Assembly: GCA_963662315.1 (NCBI GenBank)
Contig: OY759353.1
Location: 2,816,001-2,880,000 of the forward strand
Direction: 5' to 3'
Length of the DNA stretch: 64,000 bases
From: Geopsychrobacteraceae bacterium
Lineage (GTDB): Bacteria > Desulfobacterota > Desulfuromonadia > Desulfuromonadales > Geopsychrobacteraceae
The notes under the pieces were generated by a model, which saw nothing but the letters and a program-made list of their open reading frames with translations, was not told where the DNA came from and ran no database searches. Within the stretch, counting starts at the first letter, position 1; every line of letters starts with the position of its first letter. A program made the position numbers and the translations under genes. Positions 10,491 through 21,099 of the stretch are shown here, piece after piece.

Positions 10491-11777
10491 TCAGTCAATA
10501 ACACCCTTACCGAGCAAGCTTTCAATTTCATTGTCACTGTAATCGAGCAGCTCACCCAAAATCCGCATGGTATCCTGACCAAGAGCGGGAGCACCACGCC
10601 AGATTTGACCCGGAGTTTCGGAAAGCTTCGGATGAATACCAAAGGCTTGAATCTCTTTACCGAGAGTCTGGTCTTCATATTTCACCCAGTCCCCCCGCTC
10701 GTGCCAATGCTGATCCTTGTAGACATCTTCAGTAGAGCGAACTACCCCCAGACCGATCTTGTTAGCTTTACAAATTTCAGAAGCTTCCTCTGCCGTATGT
10801 TCAATGAAGAATTTTTTGAACATTTCGTGCAGTTCGCGACCAAGCGGGCTCTTGATCGCATCAGGCGAGCCACCAGCCGCTTCGTAGCTATATTTTTCCG
10901 CGTCGATATTAAAAACCTTCAGTACCTTGTAATAAGCGCCAGCCCCAAAGGAACCAAGGTTCACATAACGACCGTCTTTACACTCGAACACACCGCCAGG
11001 CTGAAAGCTCGCAATATGAACGCCAAAGCGTTCTTTCATGAAGCCCAGGTTAAGCAAGGCGGTCCAGTTGTCATCAAGGACGCGCATCCAGGCTTCACCA
11101 AGAGAGGTATCAATAATTTGTCCTTTTCCGGTTTTCATGACATTGACATAAGCGGCCAGAATACCGCTAACAGCCATAAGGGCGCAGAGATAATCGCCGA
11201 CAAACTGGGTAGCATAAGTCGGTGGGCGGTCCGGATAGCCCTGCAGCAGAGCGAAGCCGGATTCAGACTGGCCGATAGGATCATAGGAAGGACGATTCAA
11301 CTCCGACTTCAACCCACCGAAACGGGGTGTTCCGAAGCCATTGATATGGCAGATGATAAGCTTGGGATTGACTTCCATAAGCATATCTTCAGTCAGGCCA
11401 AGTTTGTCGATCCAGACCATGTTCTCGATCCAGACGTCGACGTTTTTAATCAATGATAGAAAAATGTCCCTTGATTCGGGAATCTCCATATTGGTCTCAA
11501 AGCAGAAGCTCAGCTTGTTCCTGGCATTCTGGGCCCAGGCACAGCTGATTGATCTGCCATTCTCAACTATCTGCGGCTTTTGATGGCGCGCTGGATCCCC
11601 CTTCACTTTCGGGCGTTCAAGGGCAATGACCTCGGCACCAAAATCCCCCAGCATGGTTGCTGTAAAGGGCGCCGCGACGACCGTACCGTTGAGCAACACC
11701 CGCATTCCTGATAATGGTCCAAAGGTCGGTGCAAAAAGTGGAGCAGGCTTGCGTTCAATCTGTTCCCATCTGTTCAT
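10491..11777 (-). CDS. family III CoA-transferase (CaiB/BaiF)
   Basis: GPLSGMRVL..AAPF..LGDFGAEVI, ARNKLS, SYDPIGQ, GDY and APALGQDT motifs. Confidence 0.9.
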   Translation of the reverse strand: MNRWEQIERKPAPLFAPTFGPLSGMRVLLNGTVVAAPFTATMLGDFGAEVIALERPKVKGDPARHQKPQIVENGRSISCAWAQNARNKLSFCFETNMEIPESRDIFLSLIKNVDVWIENMVWIDKLGLTEDMLMEVNPKLIICHINGFGTPRFGGLKSELNRPSYDPIGQSESGFALLQGYPDRPPTYATQFVGDYLCALMAVSGILAAYVNVMKTGKGQIIDTSLGEAWMRVLDDNWTALLNLGFMKERFGVHIASFQPGGVFECKDGRYVNLGSFGAGAYYKVLKVFNIDAEKYSYEAAGGSPDAIKSPLGRELHEMFKKFFIEHTAEEASEICKANKIGLGVVRSTEDVYKDQHWHERGDWVKYEDQTLGKEIQAFGIHPKLSETPGQIWRGAPALGQDTMRILGELLDYSDNEIESLLGKGVID

Positions 11778-12091
11778 GCTTTACTCCTTGGTTTGATTTG
11801 ATTGAAGTTCTCGTCAACGGCTCTGACGCAGCGATTTTCGTACGGCTGATCACTGTGGGCATACGCCATCGAACAGGGGTCTGAACATATATTTCCGGTA
11901 TAACTGCACTGCAGAACCCGCCGCCCCTGACAATGCTCAGTGCCTAGCCGCCTGCCACAACGGCGACAAAGGTCATCACGCTCAAGGTTAAACCGGCCAC
12001 ACGCCGGACATTTGTAGGGCGCCTCCTGAGATTGCCAAACGGGGTGACACTCAGAGCAACTCAGATTGCAGCCTATGCAGTGTTGACACAT
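11774..12091 (-). CDS. small Cys-rich (zinc-ribbon/Fe-S-like) protein
   Basis: 105 aa with repeated CxxC motifs; stop overlaps the CoA-transferase start. Confidence 0.65.
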   Translation of the reverse strand: MCQHCIGCNLSCSECHPVWQSQEAPYKCPACGRFNLERDDLCRRCGRRLGTEHCQGRRVLQCSYTGNICSDPCSMAYAHSDQPYENRCVRAVDENFNQIKPRSKA

Positions 12092-12147
12092 TTTTGCTCT
12101 TTCTTTTGGAATCTGGTTCCCGAACACTTGCTGGTAACAGCTTATTG

Positions 12148-12163
12148 AGCAACAACCGTACCA
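12148..12163 (-). promoter_or_regulatory. sigma54 (-24/-12) promoter
   Basis: Minus strand reads TGGTACGGTTGTTGCT, upstream of the Cys-rich gene/CoA-transferase operon. Confidence 0.75.
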
Positions 12164-12308
12164 GGCCGTAAAGTATTGATTTAAAAGCTTATTTTTTACA
12201 GATGGGACAGAATTAAAAAGAAATGGTCCAACTTGTCCCAGATTGAAGAGCATTGGGACATTTCAGGAAGAGAAGAGTGCAAACCGCAGTGTCTGGAAGA
12301 GAAAATAG

Positions 12309-14021
12309 CTAACGATATTCGTAGTCGGGGCAACCCTGGGCAAAATTCTGACAGAAACCACGTCCGACCCGGACAGGCTCTATAGCATTTTCACCCACCC
12401 CATGGCTTCCGGCTTGTTTTCTGCGCAGATAGGCACGATCCAGTTTTTCAATGGAAGTCCTCGGCAAGGCGTTCACAAACTCATAATGGGTGGGGACCTT
12501 ATACGCAGCCAGAAACTGACGGCAATAAGCTTTGATTTCAAGATCGGTCAGGGATTCTCCGGGAATCAAAACGACATAGGCCTTAACCGTTTCTCCCCGG
12601 ACCGGGTCCGGAATCCCAACAACGCCTGCTTCCCTGATCTTTGGATGACCATTCAGAACCTGATCAACCTCACTGCAGAACACCTTGAACCCGCTGCAGA
12701 TAATCATGTCTTTCTTGCGATCAACAATGTAAACGTAACCATCTTCATCCTGATAGCCGACATCTCCCGAATACCACCAGCCAGCGCGGAAGGTGATAAA
12801 TGTTTCATAATTGTTATGCCAATATTGTCTGATAATCTGCGGCCCTTTGAAACAGAGCTCTCCAACCTCGCCCTGCTTCAGGAGGTTATCTCCGGTGGCA
12901 ATATCAACGACTTTACAATCAATATTCGGGTAAGGAATACCGACACTCCCCGGTTTGCGGAAGCGACTCGGGTTACTTGTTACGGCCATTGTGGTTTCTG
13001 TCGCCCCGTAACCTTCGATAATCGGAACCCCGGTGATTTTTTCGAACTGGATCATTTTTGCCAGAGGAATCGGAGCAGACCCGCACCCCACATGCTGAAT
13101 GTTTGCCACCTTTGAAGCTGCAAATCCCGGATGATTCAAGATCCCGACAATCTGGGCAGGAACCGCTGGCCAGACATTCGGTTCAAAACGGTTGATCGCA
13201 TTAAGAATATGCTCAATAGAAATTTCGGGAAGGATGATCATACTTCCACCAAGCAGAATATTGGCATTTATGGCCGTTTGAAACCCATGAATATGGTACA
13301 TCGGCGTCGATGACAGAACCTTATAATGATCGATATCGGTAAAGTACCCGGTCATCTGCTTCCAGCCTGAAGCGACAGTCACCAGGTTGCGATGGGTGAT
13401 ACAACACCCTTTGCTGACTCCGGTTGTCCCTCCGGTGTAAATCAGCAGCGCAATATCATCGAGAGCGATATCGATCTGGGGGTCTGCCACATCCCCCTGC
13501 GCCAGAAAAATATTAAATGAGCAGATTTTCCTGTTATCCAATATAGCAGCTTCGGCATCACCAGGAGTCACCAGCACGACATGACTGAGGCAGGTTTCTT
13601 TGCCTTGCACCAGTCCACACATCTTTTCCAGCACATCCGCCTGGCAAAAGACCGCTTTCGCACAACAGTCCCGATAGACTCCGGCCAGCTCATGAGCCGT
13701 ATACCTGGGATTAGTCAGGACCGCGATGGCACCAGCCTTGAAACAGGCGAGAGCAATCACAACAAATTCCGTCATATTCGGTAAGGCGATGGCAACGCAC
13801 TCCCCTTTTTCTAATCCAGCAGCGATCATGGCGTTGGCCAGACGTGTGGCGGCCAGGTTAATCTCCGCGTAGGAGAAGATTTCGTCGTTACAATAGATAA
13901 AAGGGCTGTCCGGCTGACGCTCAACCAGCAGACTGAATTGTCTGGAGAGGGGCAAATGTGAATAAACCGGGGATACCTCAACACCTGGATCGTAATATTT
14001 AAACCAAGGTCTTTCTGTCAT
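12309..14021 (-). CDS. long-chain acyl-CoA ligase (AMP-binding)
   Basis: YTGGTTGVSKG P-loop, EGYGATE, SGD, RKKDMI motifs. Confidence 0.9.
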   Translation of the reverse strand: MTERPWFKYYDPGVEVSPVYSHLPLSRQFSLLVERQPDSPFIYCNDEIFSYAEINLAATRLANAMIAAGLEKGECVAIALPNMTEFVVIALACFKAGAIAVLTNPRYTAHELAGVYRDCCAKAVFCQADVLEKMCGLVQGKETCLSHVVLVTPGDAEAAILDNRKICSFNIFLAQGDVADPQIDIALDDIALLIYTGGTTGVSKGCCITHRNLVTVASGWKQMTGYFTDIDHYKVLSSTPMYHIHGFQTAINANILLGGSMIILPEISIEHILNAINRFEPNVWPAVPAQIVGILNHPGFAASKVANIQHVGCGSAPIPLAKMIQFEKITGVPIIEGYGATETTMAVTSNPSRFRKPGSVGIPYPNIDCKVVDIATGDNLLKQGEVGELCFKGPQIIRQYWHNNYETFITFRAGWWYSGDVGYQDEDGYVYIVDRKKDMIICSGFKVFCSEVDQVLNGHPKIREAGVVGIPDPVRGETVKAYVVLIPGESLTDLEIKAYCRQFLAAYKVPTHYEFVNALPRTSIEKLDRAYLRRKQAGSHGVGENAIEPVRVGRGFCQNFAQGCPDYEYR

Positions 14022-14090
14022 GCCAAAACTCCCATTTGGATTCATTCACAGACTGTTTGAGAATAGGTTCCCGTCAGCATAAAAATCAGT

Positions 14091-16142
14091 TCAGATTGGG
14101 ATATCGTACTCCTTGATTTTCCGATAAATAGTCGACTTGCTGATCCCCAGGACCTTTGCCGCGGCACGGATATGATTGTTAGTATCATCAAGGGCTTTTC
14201 TGATAACCATTTTTTCAATATCCTTCATAGAGAGGTTACTGTCCTCCTGAGTTGCAGGCGCTACCACCGCTTTTTCAGGAAGAACTTTCGTCCGCCCCGT
14301 AACCGGATTGATATAGTTATTCAGAACATCCTTCGGTAAATGTTCGGGGAGCACAGGCCCGTCATCACACATGCATAGAGCGTAAGAAATAACATTCTGC
14401 AACTGGCGCACATTCCCCGGCCAATCATATTGCAGTAGAATGTATTTGGTTGCGCTGTTTAAAGCCGGTCGTTTTAACCTCTGGGACTGACAGATCTTAC
14501 TGATAAAAAATTCTGCAAGTTCAATAATCTCCGCCCCGCGTTGGCGCAGGGGTAATATTTCGACTTTGAATACCAGCAACCGGTAATAAAGGTCCTCGCG
14601 AAACTTCTTCTCTTTGACCAGCTCCGCCAAATCCCTGTTGGTCGCAGCAACCAATCTGAAATTAACCGGTATATAGCGGCTGCCACCAACCCTCATGACC
14701 AAGTGGTCTTCAAGTACACGCAGCAGAACCGCCTGCAGTTCCAGAGGCATATCCCCGATTTCGTCAAGGAACAGGGTGCCTCCGTTGGCCATCTCAATCT
14801 TGCCGGGTTTGCCTTTACGTTCAGCCCCGGTAAAAGCTCCCGCATCATAACCAAACAATTCGCTTTCGATCAGGGTTGCCGGTATCGCTGCACAGTTTAC
14901 AGCCACAAAGGGGCCATCAGATCTGCTCTGGTTATGAATCGATTGAGCATAAACTTCCTTGCCGGTTCCACTTTCCCCCTGTAGCAGGATGTTATCGTCA
15001 AAACGGCAGAACTTCTTTGCTAAGGCGATTGTCTCAACTGTCTGATCAGAAGAGCCGACGATGTGACTGAAAGAAAACCGTGCCGGTGAGCAACGGGGAG
15101 ATTTCGCAATTGTCAGACTACCCAGCTGGTCCAGCTCTTTGAGAGTCAGCACACATCCAAAACTTGGACAATCACAATCCGTAACCGGCTGCACTCCGAC
15201 CAGATTAAATTTATGATGCCCCCTGGTGATGATGACATCTGAATTGAGAACCGGTATCCCGGTCTTAAGAACCCTCTCTATCAAAGGCTGGTCACCAATG
15301 ATCTCGGCAATCTGCTTTCCTTCGAGATCCTCGTCGAGCAGGTTTTTCGCATGAGCATTAGCCGCCACAATGATCCCGCTCTGCTGGATAACAATGACAA
15401 CATCGTTGGCCGCCGCCAGTGCGCAACTGAGCAAGGCCTTTTTCTCAGATAACTGGAATTCCTTTTGAATGGCACTGGCAATCGTCATTACCAGTCCCAG
15501 AGACTGGGAACTCTGACTATGAAGATAGGCGCTGGATATGGTCAAAGTGCCCTCTAATGTTCCGCAGGCGTTAAATACCGGAGCAGTCGAGCAGGACACA
15601 TTCTTGAAGATCTGACTGAAATGCTCCGGCCCGCAGACCTGAATCGGGCTTTTAAGCAGAATACTCATGGCATGAGAGCAGGTTCCGGTCGTCTCTTCCG
15701 ACCAGATAGCACCGGGCGTCAACCAGAATTTATTCTGCCCCAGGGTATTTGCAGTGCGCAGAATCACCCCGTTTTCATCACTCAGAAAAAGGTAGCACCC
15801 CATATCAGACAGCATTTTTTCAAACTGGCACATATAGGGCTCGGCAGCCTCAAGAAAGAAGGCTTTTTCCTTGAGTAACTGCAGGAAAGCACTCTTCTCC
15901 ATCATTAGCGGATAATTATAATGGAAAGGATCAAGACCGTTTTCGAAAGACCGCATCCAGGAGGCCATAATTTCAGGACGGACGAGATTGGCCTCGGAGG
16001 GGAGCAGGGTTTTCTCCATGACCCCGATCTTTTGAGCACGGAACTGCTGCACCAGACTCTTCCCGTGATCAATATATTGCGTCGGGTCAGGGCTCATTTG
16101 ATTAGCATTTATCGGACTTAAATGATCTTCCAAATCACTCAT
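14091..16142 (-). CDS. sigma54-dependent enhancer-binding activator (AcoR-like GAF-PAS-AAA+-HTH)
   Basis: GESGTGKE, GAFTGA, LFLDEIGDM, WPGNVRQL and a Fis-type HTH. Confidence 0.95.
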   Translation of the reverse strand: MSDLEDHLSPINANQMSPDPTQYIDHGKSLVQQFRAQKIGVMEKTLLPSEANLVRPEIMASWMRSFENGLDPFHYNYPLMMEKSAFLQLLKEKAFFLEAAEPYMCQFEKMLSDMGCYLFLSDENGVILRTANTLGQNKFWLTPGAIWSEETTGTCSHAMSILLKSPIQVCGPEHFSQIFKNVSCSTAPVFNACGTLEGTLTISSAYLHSQSSQSLGLVMTIASAIQKEFQLSEKKALLSCALAAANDVVIVIQQSGIIVAANAHAKNLLDEDLEGKQIAEIIGDQPLIERVLKTGIPVLNSDVIITRGHHKFNLVGVQPVTDCDCPSFGCVLTLKELDQLGSLTIAKSPRCSPARFSFSHIVGSSDQTVETIALAKKFCRFDDNILLQGESGTGKEVYAQSIHNQSRSDGPFVAVNCAAIPATLIESELFGYDAGAFTGAERKGKPGKIEMANGGTLFLDEIGDMPLELQAVLLRVLEDHLVMRVGGSRYIPVNFRLVAATNRDLAELVKEKKFREDLYYRLLVFKVEILPLRQRGAEIIELAEFFISKICQSQRLKRPALNSATKYILLQYDWPGNVRQLQNVISYALCMCDDGPVLPEHLPKDVLNNYINPVTGRTKVLPEKAVVAPATQEDSNLSMKDIEKMVIRKALDDTNNHIRAAAKVLGISKSTIYRKIKEYDIPI

Positions 16143-16628
16143 TCACCTGAACCTCCGTAGCATTGTTGGAACACAGGCCAAGGTCAACAGCAACTTCATG
16201 TATAGACGACTAAGGCCACTGAGGTAGTTACATTTGAATCAAAAACATGATATCGCAAAAATTATACCATTTAATAACTGCTCAATTTTCATGATCTTAA
16301 TTTACTGACGGGACACTTTTCCCATAACCTGGGACACTTCCGTCCCAATCTGGGACGGAAACTCATACACATTTAATCTTTCCAGCGATAACAGCCACAA
16401 ATAAAGGCTTTCCATTCTGCTTAAAATTTTACCATCCTTAACCGTAGCTTTTTTGCTTAATTTCAAAAACATTCCACCGGCCTGAAATGTTCTTTTTTTG
16501 CCCGGCCACATTGACAACCGTTTTAGTCATAATTTATATATAGACTTAGGTCACATGGTTAACTCAAGCGTTTGAGAGTATCCATTCAAGACGCTAGCCC
16601 CTAAAACATGAGGCAAAAGGACTGATGC

Positions 16629-17009
16629 ATGGCAGCAAAATTTAAACCCAGCGTTTACATGAAGGATAATTGCCCATTCTGCTTCAAGTTTATGCTTTTT
16701 CTCACAGAAATTGGCGTCCTTGACCAGTTTGTAATAATTACCGCTCACAGCAACAATGACGCAGAAATGGACAAATACCGCTCGTTTTTACGGGAAAAAA
16801 CAGGTCGTCAGGCCTCTTTCCCGACGGTTGAAATCGAACCTGGAATATTTATGGCGGAATCAGGAGATCTGATTGAATACTACGCGGATCAGTATGGCAT
16901 TGATACGTCGCAACTGGCAGCCCTGCCCTACTACATTGCCGGGCCCTTCCAAGCCCAGATTGATCTGTTTAAGGAAAATCGTGTTCTCAAAGAAAAATAC
17001 GTAGCCTGA
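16629..17009 (+). CDS. glutaredoxin/GST-N-like thioredoxin-fold protein
   Basis: CPFC motif and 'FPTVE...ESGDLIEY'. Confidence 0.7.
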   Translation: MAAKFKPSVYMKDNCPFCFKFMLFLTEIGVLDQFVIITAHSNNDAEMDKYRSFLREKTGRQASFPTVEIEPGIFMAESGDLIEYYADQYGIDTSQLAALPYYIAGPFQAQIDLFKENRVLKEKYVA

Positions 17010-17200
17010 GCAGGCAGTTATGAAGCTCCGTTCAGTTGAAAGGACAGTACAACATGAATTTACTGCTTATCACCACATTATTACTTGGCACCGGCTACAC
17101 GTATAGAGCGCTGGTCCGTGCCGCCAGGCAACAGCCTGTCTTGCTGGAGCGTGTATGTTCCCGCAGGAAATAGCATTAAACTGAATGTCTCCTCCTGATT

Positions 17201-17238
17201 CAAAAAGCCCGACAACCTGCAGGTTGTCGGGCTTTTTG
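17201..17238. terminator. bidirectional intrinsic terminator
   Basis: Perfect 38-bp palindrome CAAAAAGCCCGACAACCTG/CAGGTTGTCGGGCTTTTTG. Confidence 0.8.
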
Positions 17239-17282
17239 GTGAACAATCGATGCAGTTTCCACACTTTCCCATCGCAGCTCTT

Positions 17283-17950
17283 CGCCCATAAGATGCAAAG
17301 CATCTTGGGCTGCCACTTCATTCCACCTGGCAACAACAAACCGCAGGCCACAACGACTTTCGTCAGTTACCTTGACCTTTCCGGGCACTTTTGCTTCCTT
17401 TTCTTGCCCTGGAGAAAAGGAAGGCGCCGATCGGGGGCGCGACCCCGAGGCCTTGATTTTAGTTTTATAGAAAAAGTCAAAAACAACTTCGCAGGGTTTC
17501 GCCCCTGCAGGCGACTTACCTTTTGTCAAAAGCAAGCCACAAAAGGTAACCGAAAAAGGCCTGCTTCTAAATGTCCATGTTCCAGCGGCAATACTTATAA
17601 GTAAGCCACCAGCAATTGACTGCCCGGCCTGACGGCTCAAACCGCGCCTAATGGTCAGAACCGCACATGCCGTTGGCATGAAAATGAATGATATAAGCAG
17701 CTACGCCACGACAAGCCTTTGCCCATAAGATGCAAAGCATCTTGGGCTGCCGCTTCATTCCACCTGGCAACAACAAACCGCAGTCCACAACGACTTTCGT
17801 CAGTTACCTTGACCTTTCCGGGCACTTTTGCTTCCTTTTCTTGCCCAGGAGAAAAGGAAGGCGCCGGTCGGGGGCGCGACCCCGAGGTCTTGGATTTGAC
17901 TTTTATCACAAACAAGAAAAAACAACTTCGCAGGATCTCGCCCCTGCTGA
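17283..17950 (-). repeat. tandem copies (1 full + 1 partial) of the ~400-bp structured intergenic repeat
   Basis: The start of 17283-17664 is repeated at 17721-~17950; the minus strand begins GCGGTTCTGACCATTAGGCGCG, like the units at 31377 and later. Confidence 0.8.
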
Positions 17951-17957
17951 CGAATGA

Positions 17958-18416
17958 CTATTCCAACTCGAGAATATAATCCCACTCCTGCTCACTGACC
18001 GGCATAATCGACAAACGATTCCCCTTGCGCACCAGCGGCATATTTTCCAGCGCATCGTGTTCTTTCAGTTCCGTCAGCGCAATCACCCGCCGGGTATGAC
18101 GCACATATTGCACATCAACCATCATCCAGCGCGGCTTGGACGGGTCACTCTTTTCATCGAAATACTTGCTGTTCGGATCAAACGCCGTGAAATCCGGGTA
18201 GCCTTCCTTCACCACCTGCATAATGCCGACAATCCCGGGGATCTCGCAGTTGGAATGATAAAAGAACACCTGATCACCAACTTTCATATCATCACGCATC
18301 ATATTGCGAGCCTGATAATTGCGTACCCCGTCCCAGTGCTCGGTCTGATCAGGCATTTGTTCCAGGTCGTCAATACTGAAGGCATTCGGTTCCGACTTCA
18401 TCAGCCAATAATTCAT
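17958..18416 (-). CDS. EVE domain protein
   Basis: MNYWLMKSEP...WDGVRNYQARN...FFYHS motifs. Confidence 0.95.
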   Translation of the reverse strand: MNYWLMKSEPNAFSIDDLEQMPDQTEHWDGVRNYQARNMMRDDMKVGDQVFFYHSNCEIPGIVGIMQVVKEGYPDFTAFDPNSKYFDEKSDPSKPRWMMVDVQYVRHTRRVIALTELKEHDALENMPLVRKGNRLSIMPVSEQEWDYILELE

Positions 18417-18636
18417 TCCGGGTCTCCTTTGGCTACAACCAGAGTTTTGGATACCACCAATTTACCTGCAATGCGTGCAATTTGGCAAATACGCGGATAT
18501 TATTTCCTTCAGCTCATTTGATGCGGCACCTTCCCGCACAACTCCTTACACAAAACTAACGCTCCGCTCACAGAACAGGCAGATACTTTTCTAATTCAAA
18601 CATCAGACTTTATAGAAATAAAAGGAGCCCGGCTAT

Positions 18637-19911
18637 ATGTTCAAACACCTGATGGCAATGTCGTTACTGATCGGTCTGAGCGCCTGCTCAACAGCTCATG
18701 TTGTAAAAGTCCCGCCCCAGGGAAGCCCCCTGCCTTACAGCGTTCTCACCACCTTGGACAATGGCACCGAAGTTCGCAACGGTGGTTATGGTTCCGCCAT
18801 GACCGCCCACCCCACGGAAAAAAGTCATTTTTACGCCCTGACCGACCGTGGTCCGAACACTGACTATACCGGCAGCCAGGGGAAAGGGAAAAAATTCCCG
18901 GTTCCGGATTACACCCCGCGTATCGGCGAATTTGAAGTCAAAGCCGATGGCTCTGTTGCCCAGGTCAAAACCATCCTGTTGAAAGATCCCCAGGGACACC
19001 CAATTTCCGGTCGGCCCAACCCGGAAGGATTAGGGGCAACCGGCGAGGTTCCTTACGACAACAAGGGGAATGTCCTGACTTATGATCCCTATGGGCTCGA
19101 CAGTGAAGGCCTGGTCGCCATGAAAGACGGCAGCTTCTGGGTCAGTGACGAATATGCTCCGCACATTGTTCATTACACCGCAGACGGTGTTGAACTTGAG
19201 CGCATGAGCCCACGTGGCGTCAACACCACTGGCCGCAAGCTTCCGGCCGTTCTCAAGCGCCGTTGGCCCAACCGTGGCATGGAAGGTCTGGCCATCACTC
19301 CCGATGAAAAGACCCTGGTCGGCATCATGCAATCAACCCTCTACAACCCCAGTAAGAAAAAAACTGAAAACTTAACCCTGACCCGCATTCTGACCTTTGA
19401 TCTGGAAACCGGTGCCACTCACCAGTACCTGTACCAGCAGGAAAAAGCCAAAAACGCCAACTCGGAGATTACCGCTTTAAGCGCTACAACCTTCTTGTTG
19501 GTTGAACGTGATGGCAACTTCTCCGGGGCCAAACCGGCCCAGAAACATCTGTACAAAATTGACCTGGCCGGGGCCACCGATGTGTCAGGTGACATCACCT
19601 CCCCTGACGGAATGCTGTTGAATGGCCAAACCCTGGAACAAAGCAGCTGGAGTGACATAACCAAAGCGGGCATAGTCCCGGTAAAAAAAGAACGCGTCGC
19701 CGACCTGGTCGCCATGCTGCCCAATCATTACCCCCACGACAAACTTGAAGGTTTGTGGATAATTGATGCGCACACCGTAGCAGTGCTCAATGACGATGAC
19801 TTTGCCGTATGGCCCAAGGGGGATGAGGTCGTGCAGAAGGTCCTGCCTGGGGTGAATCAGACCGATGCGAATACATTGTATGTGCTCAAACTGGAGAAAA
19901 CACTTTATTAA
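18637..19911 (+). CDS. esterase-like/phytase-family beta-propeller lipoprotein
   Basis: Lipobox LSAC; LTDRGPN, DSEG, SDEY, NRGMEG and NDDDF motifs. Confidence 0.8.
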   Translation: MFKHLMAMSLLIGLSACSTAHVVKVPPQGSPLPYSVLTTLDNGTEVRNGGYGSAMTAHPTEKSHFYALTDRGPNTDYTGSQGKGKKFPVPDYTPRIGEFEVKADGSVAQVKTILLKDPQGHPISGRPNPEGLGATGEVPYDNKGNVLTYDPYGLDSEGLVAMKDGSFWVSDEYAPHIVHYTADGVELERMSPRGVNTTGRKLPAVLKRRWPNRGMEGLAITPDEKTLVGIMQSTLYNPSKKKTENLTLTRILTFDLETGATHQYLYQQEKAKNANSEITALSATTFLLVERDGNFSGAKPAQKHLYKIDLAGATDVSGDITSPDGMLLNGQTLEQSSWSDITKAGIVPVKKERVADLVAMLPNHYPHDKLEGLWIIDAHTVAVLNDDDFAVWPKGDEVVQKVLPGVNQTDANTLYVLKLEKTLY

Positions 19912-19991
19912 TAAAAAAGAAACGGTCCTTTATCTAAAAATAAACCCAATTCTCCGGGAGCAACGTCAGGTCGCTCCAGGAAAATTGGGTT

Positions 19992-20954
19992 TTATACCCT
20001 GTCCAAAGGGCTCAAAACTCCTTGCCCACCTCGATTCAGGACATGGGTGTAAATCATTGTCGTACGGATATCCGCATGACCAAGTAACTCCTGCACCGTA
20101 CGAATATCGTAGCCATCTTCCAACAGATGAGTCGCGAAACTGTGCCGTAACGAATGGCAACTCGCAGCCTTTTTAACACCAGCAGTACGAACAGCTTTTT
20201 TGATCTTACTTTGTAAGACAGTTTCATGAAGATGATGACGCCGCCATGCCTTGGAACGGGGATCTTTTGAAATTCTTTCAGCCGGAAACAGATATTGCCA
20301 CCCTTTTTCCTTGGCTGCTTGGGGATATTTTCGGGCCAACGCATTGGGTAGATATACCTCAGCATGACCGTTTTCAAGATCGTGTTGGTGCAATTGATAA
20401 ACATATTCGACCTGGCGTTTTAAAGATTCTATAACTTTTTGCGGCAGCATAGAACGCCGGTCTTTGTTACCCTTACCACTGCGAATCAATATTTGATTGT
20501 AATCAAAGTCAACGTCCTGAACGCGCAGCCGCAGACATTCCATCAAACGTAAACCAGAGCCATACAGTAAAGCTCCCATCAACCAATAAGAACCAGTTAA
20601 AACCGCCAAAAGATGAGAAACTTCTTCTCGACTCAAAACAACAGGGAGCTTTTTAGGCTTTTTAGCCCGAACGATCTGATCAAGATCATTCAATTCGATG
20701 TTCAGAACCTGCGTATAAAGGAAAACCAAGGCATTTAACGCCTGATTTTGTGTGGAAGCGGCAACATTCTTCCGTGTCGCCAAATAGGTTAGATAGGCAC
20801 TAACGTGATCAGCCCCAAGGTCTTTCGGATGACGCTTATCATGAAAAATAATAAAGCGCGTTATCCAGTCAATATAAGCCTTTTCAGTGCGCAAGCTGTA
20901 ATGACGCAAACGGATCTCATTACGCACTAAATCAAGTAAACGCGGTTGACCCAT
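19992..20954 (-). CDS. intI: integron integrase (tyrosine recombinase)
   Basis: GLRLMECLRLRVQD, HSLRHSFATHLL and LLGH..IRTTMIYTH motifs, plus the IntI-specific insertion 'YLPNALARKYPQAAKEKGWQYLFPA'; divergent from the cassette array. Confidence 0.98.
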   Translation of the reverse strand: MGQPRLLDLVRNEIRLRHYSLRTEKAYIDWITRFIIFHDKRHPKDLGADHVSAYLTYLATRKNVAASTQNQALNALVFLYTQVLNIELNDLDQIVRAKKPKKLPVVLSREEVSHLLAVLTGSYWLMGALLYGSGLRLMECLRLRVQDVDFDYNQILIRSGKGNKDRRSMLPQKVIESLKRQVEYVYQLHQHDLENGHAEVYLPNALARKYPQAAKEKGWQYLFPAERISKDPRSKAWRRHHLHETVLQSKIKKAVRTAGVKKAASCHSLRHSFATHLLEDGYDIRTVQELLGHADIRTTMIYTHVLNRGGQGVLSPLDRV

Positions 20955-21099
20955 GGCCCCTCCTCCATTGTCAGATATAAATTTTTATTCCACACTTTCC
21001 TATGGTAATATAAACTGTATATCACGCAAGGTGAATTTTCAGAAATATGTCAGAAAGATCTGATATTAATAGAGAATTGACGATTTTTATAAGAACCGA

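Noticed and set aside
10464..11456. 330-aa plus-strand ORF (also 34092-35147 and 12402-13115)
   Set aside because: Antisense shadows of well-supported minus-strand genes.
17070..17985. Multiple overlapping ORFs
   Set aside because: They coincide with a terminator and repeat copies and have no protein motifs.
21015..21030. CTGTATATCACGCAAG as a LexA box near intI
   Set aside because: The right half-site deviates from ACAG; weaker than the palindrome at 21100.
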